DNA from: Pirellulales bacterium
Lineage (GTDB): Bacteria > Planctomycetota > Planctomycetia > Pirellulales > UBA1268
NCBI GenBank assembly: GCA_028066355.1
Contig: JALCBP010000006.1
Coordinates: 10,719 to 74,718, forward strand
Reading direction: 5' to 3'
Length of the DNA stretch: 64,000 nucleotides
Shown: piece after piece, positions 60,796-64,000 of the stretch
Position numbering within the stretch: the stretch's first letter is position 1
Layout: each line of letters starts with the position of its first letter
Notes under the pieces: model-generated
Seen by the model: the letters and a program-made list of their open reading frames with translations, nothing else
Told to the model about the DNA's origin: nothing
The model's database searches: none
Program-made: the position numbers and the translations under genes

Positions 60796-61563
60796 TCAGC
60801 CGCACCATGTGGCCACCTCCCGGAGCGCTGGCAGACAATCTGTCTGACTTGGCCAATACTCGAGCCCGACATAGCCCGCAAAACCAGTCGCTCGGATCTG
60901 TTCGAAAACGTAGGGGTATGCGATTTCACTATTTTGCAATTCATGACGTCCAGGATTTCCGGCGGCGTGAAAATGACCGATTTTATTTATGTTCCGCCGA
61001 ATGTTCTCGACCAGATCACCTTCACTGATCTGCTGATGATAAATATCGAAAACAACTTTAATGTTGTCGCTATTCACTTCATTAATAATCTGAAAGGCCT
61101 CGTCACTACGAACGAGATAATATCCGGGATGGTTCACTCGTTCATTGAGTGGTTCAATGACCAAGGTAATGCCAGATTGCTCAAGGAGTGGAGCAACCTC
61201 TCGTAACCCATCGACTAACGACTCATGCTGCGCCGCCCGCGGTACACCCTCTTGAAAATCACCGACTTGCGAAATAAGAATATTTGTTCCGAGCTTGTGG
61301 GCTGCTTCAATCGACGCCGCTACCCCATCAACATACGCAGAACGATCAGCTGGATTCACAAGGCTAATAAACTTGGTACAGCAAGCGGATATTACTAACT
61401 CATTTTGTAGTTGCGCTTCCTGCAAAGCATCGAGGTCTTTGTCCCACCAGCCCCAGAACTCAATGGCTGGTATACCTGCTTGTCGGACCATCTGACATGC
61501 ATGCTGGAACGACTGTCCTTCGAATACAGAATCAATACAAACAGATGGTTTAAAGTCGGTCAT
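60796..61563 (-). CDS. Hydroxypyruvate-isomerase-like / sugar-phosphate isomerase TIM barrel
   Basis: IEPLN...HPGY, FDIYHQQISEG, HFHAAGNPGRHE and GLEY. Confidence 0.88.
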   Translation of the reverse strand: MTDFKPSVCIDSVFEGQSFQHACQMVRQAGIPAIEFWGWWDKDLDALQEAQLQNELVISACCTKFISLVNPADRSAYVDGVAASIEAAHKLGTNILISQVGDFQEGVPRAAQHESLVDGLREVAPLLEQSGITLVIEPLNERVNHPGYYLVRSDEAFQIINEVNSDNIKVVFDIYHQQISEGDLVENIRRNINKIGHFHAAGNPGRHELQNSEIAYPYVFEQIRATGFAGYVGLEYWPSQTDCLPALREVATWCG

Positions 61564-61601
61564 ATATCCTGCTGTTCACTTTCTACTACTGACTGGTCCT
61601 C

Positions 61602-63233
61602 TTATAAAATCGCGAGCATGGCGTACAAAACAACTACTGTTGTCACCAGTCCCACGCCGACATACGGAGCAGGGGCCCACGGCGTAAGATCTACTTTCTT
61701 CGCGTCCTTTTGCAGATAAGCAACCTCACGCTTCATAAATTTCCCTAGGACAAGTTGCAGAATTACCAAAGCAATAAAGACTGCGCCCATAAAGTGATAT
61801 CCCGAACCAAATACATCCTGAATGAACGATTCTCCGAAAAAGGTCCCCCAGATCATGACGCTCAAGCCAACCAGAATCGTAATAAAGGCAGTTCGCCCAT
61901 TCACCCATCGGTTCAGCATGCCAACGAGGATGACAGCTAGTAGCGGTATAAAGTAGACGCCGTTCAGTTTTTGGAAGTATCCAAAAATTCCATCGATACC
62001 CATGAAAATGAGCGGAGCACCGACGGCGGCAAACACTGCTACAAGCCCACTACACCAGCGCCCCGACTGGACAACCTGCTCCATGGTTGCATCCGGCCGA
62101 ATGCTTTTCTTGTAGACCCCAAGCGAAAACAGGGTGGCGCTCGAATTCAAAACAGAATTGAACGTTGACAAAATAGAACCGACGACCACAGCCGCAAAAA
62201 AACCTGTAAGTGGTGCTGGTAGAACCAGTCGAACGAGTGACCCGTATACCTTCGAATCATCTCGCTGCCCCGAAGCATTGAGAAGCATTGCATTAAATTC
62301 TGAATCCTGGTTTGCGATATAGAGCGCAACAATCCCAGGTAGAACGAGAATAATGGGCGCGAGTATCTTGAAAAATGCAGCAAGGAGTACACCCTTTTGG
62401 CCTTCTGCCAGATTTTTGGCACCAAATGTGCGCTGAATGATTTGCTGGTTTGTGCACCAATAGAAAAAATTTAGAAGTAAGACTCCGGTAAACAGTGTGG
62501 GCCAATGCACGTCCTCACCGGTTCTACCAAGGGACATGAAGGCGTCCGGATTATCTTTCTTGATATTGGAAATTGTTGTAAAGAAAGACGCATTTTCTCC
62601 AGCGGCATACGCAAAAGAGTAATACGTAATTAGAAAACCACCAACGAGTAACCCAAGTCCGTTAAAGGTATCGGAAACAGCGACTGCCCGAAGTCCACCG
62701 AATACTGCATATGCAGAGCCAACCACTGCAATAAACGCAACAACTGCCCATATTGTGCCCGCCTCGCTTAGGCCTAATTTGACCTGAAGATCAAGCATAT
62801 GGGTAAGCGCACTCGCGCCACTAAAAAGTACAAATGGCAGCAGAATTAACATATAGGCAATGATGAAAATACCTGTTGTCAGTGAACGGACATTCGAGTC
62901 GTAACGCTCCTCGAGAAATTGTGGAATAGTTGCGATACCTGATTTCAAATATCGAGGCAGAAAAAAGAGTGCGAGCACAACCAGCGACATACCGGCGATC
63001 ACTTCCCACGCCATCACAGACAGTCCTTCTTTAAAGGCTCCGCCATTTAAACCCACAAGCTGCTCGGTCGAGAGATTCGTCAAAAGCAGCGAACCGGCAA
63101 TAACTACCCCTGGAAGACTTCGTCCGGCAAGAAAAAAACCGTCCTCAGTATTGGTGACTTTTCCACGAGTGATAAACCACGTCAGGAATGCAACTAAGGC
63201 GGTAAAGAGAACAAATGTAATAAGAGAAATCAT
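61602..63233 (-). CDS. Sodium:solute symporter (SSS family, YidK-like)
   Basis: FFLAGRSL, SLLLTNLSTEQLVGLNG, YWCTNQQIIQR and ILSTFNSVLNS; many TMs. Confidence 0.93.
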   Translation of the reverse strand: MISLITFVLFTALVAFLTWFITRGKVTNTEDGFFLAGRSLPGVVIAGSLLLTNLSTEQLVGLNGGAFKEGLSVMAWEVIAGMSLVVLALFFLPRYLKSGIATIPQFLEERYDSNVRSLTTGIFIIAYMLILLPFVLFSGASALTHMLDLQVKLGLSEAGTIWAVVAFIAVVGSAYAVFGGLRAVAVSDTFNGLGLLVGGFLITYYSFAYAAGENASFFTTISNIKKDNPDAFMSLGRTGEDVHWPTLFTGVLLLNFFYWCTNQQIIQRTFGAKNLAEGQKGVLLAAFFKILAPIILVLPGIVALYIANQDSEFNAMLLNASGQRDDSKVYGSLVRLVLPAPLTGFFAAVVVGSILSTFNSVLNSSATLFSLGVYKKSIRPDATMEQVVQSGRWCSGLVAVFAAVGAPLIFMGIDGIFGYFQKLNGVYFIPLLAVILVGMLNRWVNGRTAFITILVGLSVMIWGTFFGESFIQDVFGSGYHFMGAVFIALVILQLVLGKFMKREVAYLQKDAKKVDLTPWAPAPYVGVGLVTTVVVLYAMLAIL

Positions 63234-63410
63234 GAAGCACCGACCTCTTCGAGCGAACTTGTGGAAAAAGACCCAGCACTAGGATACCCGACGCGAATCT
63301 TTTTGCACTTCGTCACAAAAAGATTCAGGACAAGCCAAACCTAATCAAGCTGGCTTTGACGAGTATTGTCCATTACTTTAACTCAGGACTGCAAAAACTC
63401 GCCAACTGCT

Positions 63411-64000
63411 TCAACCACCGACAAACAAACGAATCAGTGGATTTTTATGAAGTTCCTCAACTGCATGAGGTTGCGTTTCATTTGCCGATTCGGCGAGCAT
63501 TAACGCAGCATGTCTGCCACTACGAACAGCACCCTCCATCGTGGAGGGCCAACCGGTCTGCGTCCAATCACCGGCAAGAAAAAGATTTCTAATTGGAGTC
63601 ACCGCCGCAGGCCGTACCATGTCAATTCCCGGTCTTACCGAAAGGACTGCTGTGGGATCAGTCACAACACGGGAGCGTATCAGACGAGCAGTTTGTGCAT
63701 CTGGAAAGATTTCTCGCAACTCAGATACAACTGTCTCCAGTAGTTGTTCTCTATTTCCATCACAGAGTCCGCGTGAGGCACTAATCACAACTTGGCAATG
63801 GTAGGCCTTCTCGCTTTTCCCTTCACTAGACAATTCTTCGTGCTTCTGAACGTGTTCTTCGCCGCCTCGAAAAACCCACTGTGACACCCGTCCAACAAGC
63901 ACAGCGTGAGGCAAATCCACTATCTGTCGATCAAACCACAGATGAACTGCGGTGATCGGTGATCCAACAAATGAATCGTCCACAGGGGGTAAGACTTCAG
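63411..64000 (-). CDS. hpnE: HpnE-like squalene-associated FAD-dependent oxidoreductase, C-terminal part (5' end outside the window)
   Basis: SPITAVHLWFDR, QVVISAS and NLFLAGDWTQTGWPSTMEGAVRSG; the frame is open to the window edge. Confidence 0.82.
   Translation of the reverse strand, partial: EVLPPVDDSFVGSPITAVHLWFDRQIVDLPHAVLVGRVSQWVFRGGEEHVQKHEELSSEGKSEKAYHCQVVISASRGLCDGNREQLLETVVSELREIFPDAQTARLIRSRVVTDPTAVLSVRPGIDMVRPAAVTPIRNLFLAGDWTQTGWPSTMEGAVRSGRHAALMLAESANETQPHAVEELHKNPLIRLFVGG

Overview
This is core-genome DNA of a Planctomycete, most likely Pirellulales-like. That assignment is inferred from a DUF1559 prepilin-type gene with its lipoprotein partner, a sulfatase, a Hanks-type kinase, a TPR/alpha-CTD protein and several uncharacterised exported proteins. 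I saw no integrase, transposase, prophage, rRNA or CRISPR array. Housekeeping genes are prfA-prmC, rpmE, kdsA, argG, pyk, glnD, proC, trxA, guaA, guaB, ilvD and surE. The window also holds comEC, a CBS-DRTGG pyrophosphatase, btaA-btaB for betaine lipid synthesis, a partial hpnE, a partial sulfatase missing from the ORF track, and tRNA-Thr(CGT). The most striking uncharacterised element is a translationally coupled three-gene ion-motor-like operon (3615-8031). It has a TolQ/ExbB/MotA-type subunit with a long helical tail and two different ExbD-like partners: one keeps the essential TM Asp, the other has Ala there and carries a duplicated domain on a long Gly/Ser linker. Divergent from it lies an HTH/acidic-linker/tail-anchor protein, next to comEC. 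Other leads are a TPR protein with two RNA polymerase alpha-CTDs beside a Rho_N-DUF4912 gene, a ~180-nt structured RNA candidate upstream of the tRNA, a membrane-anchored BRCT protein, a transglutaminase-like pseudoenzyme lipoprotein and a histone-H1-like basic protein. All family assignments come from recognising motifs by eye; no searches were run.
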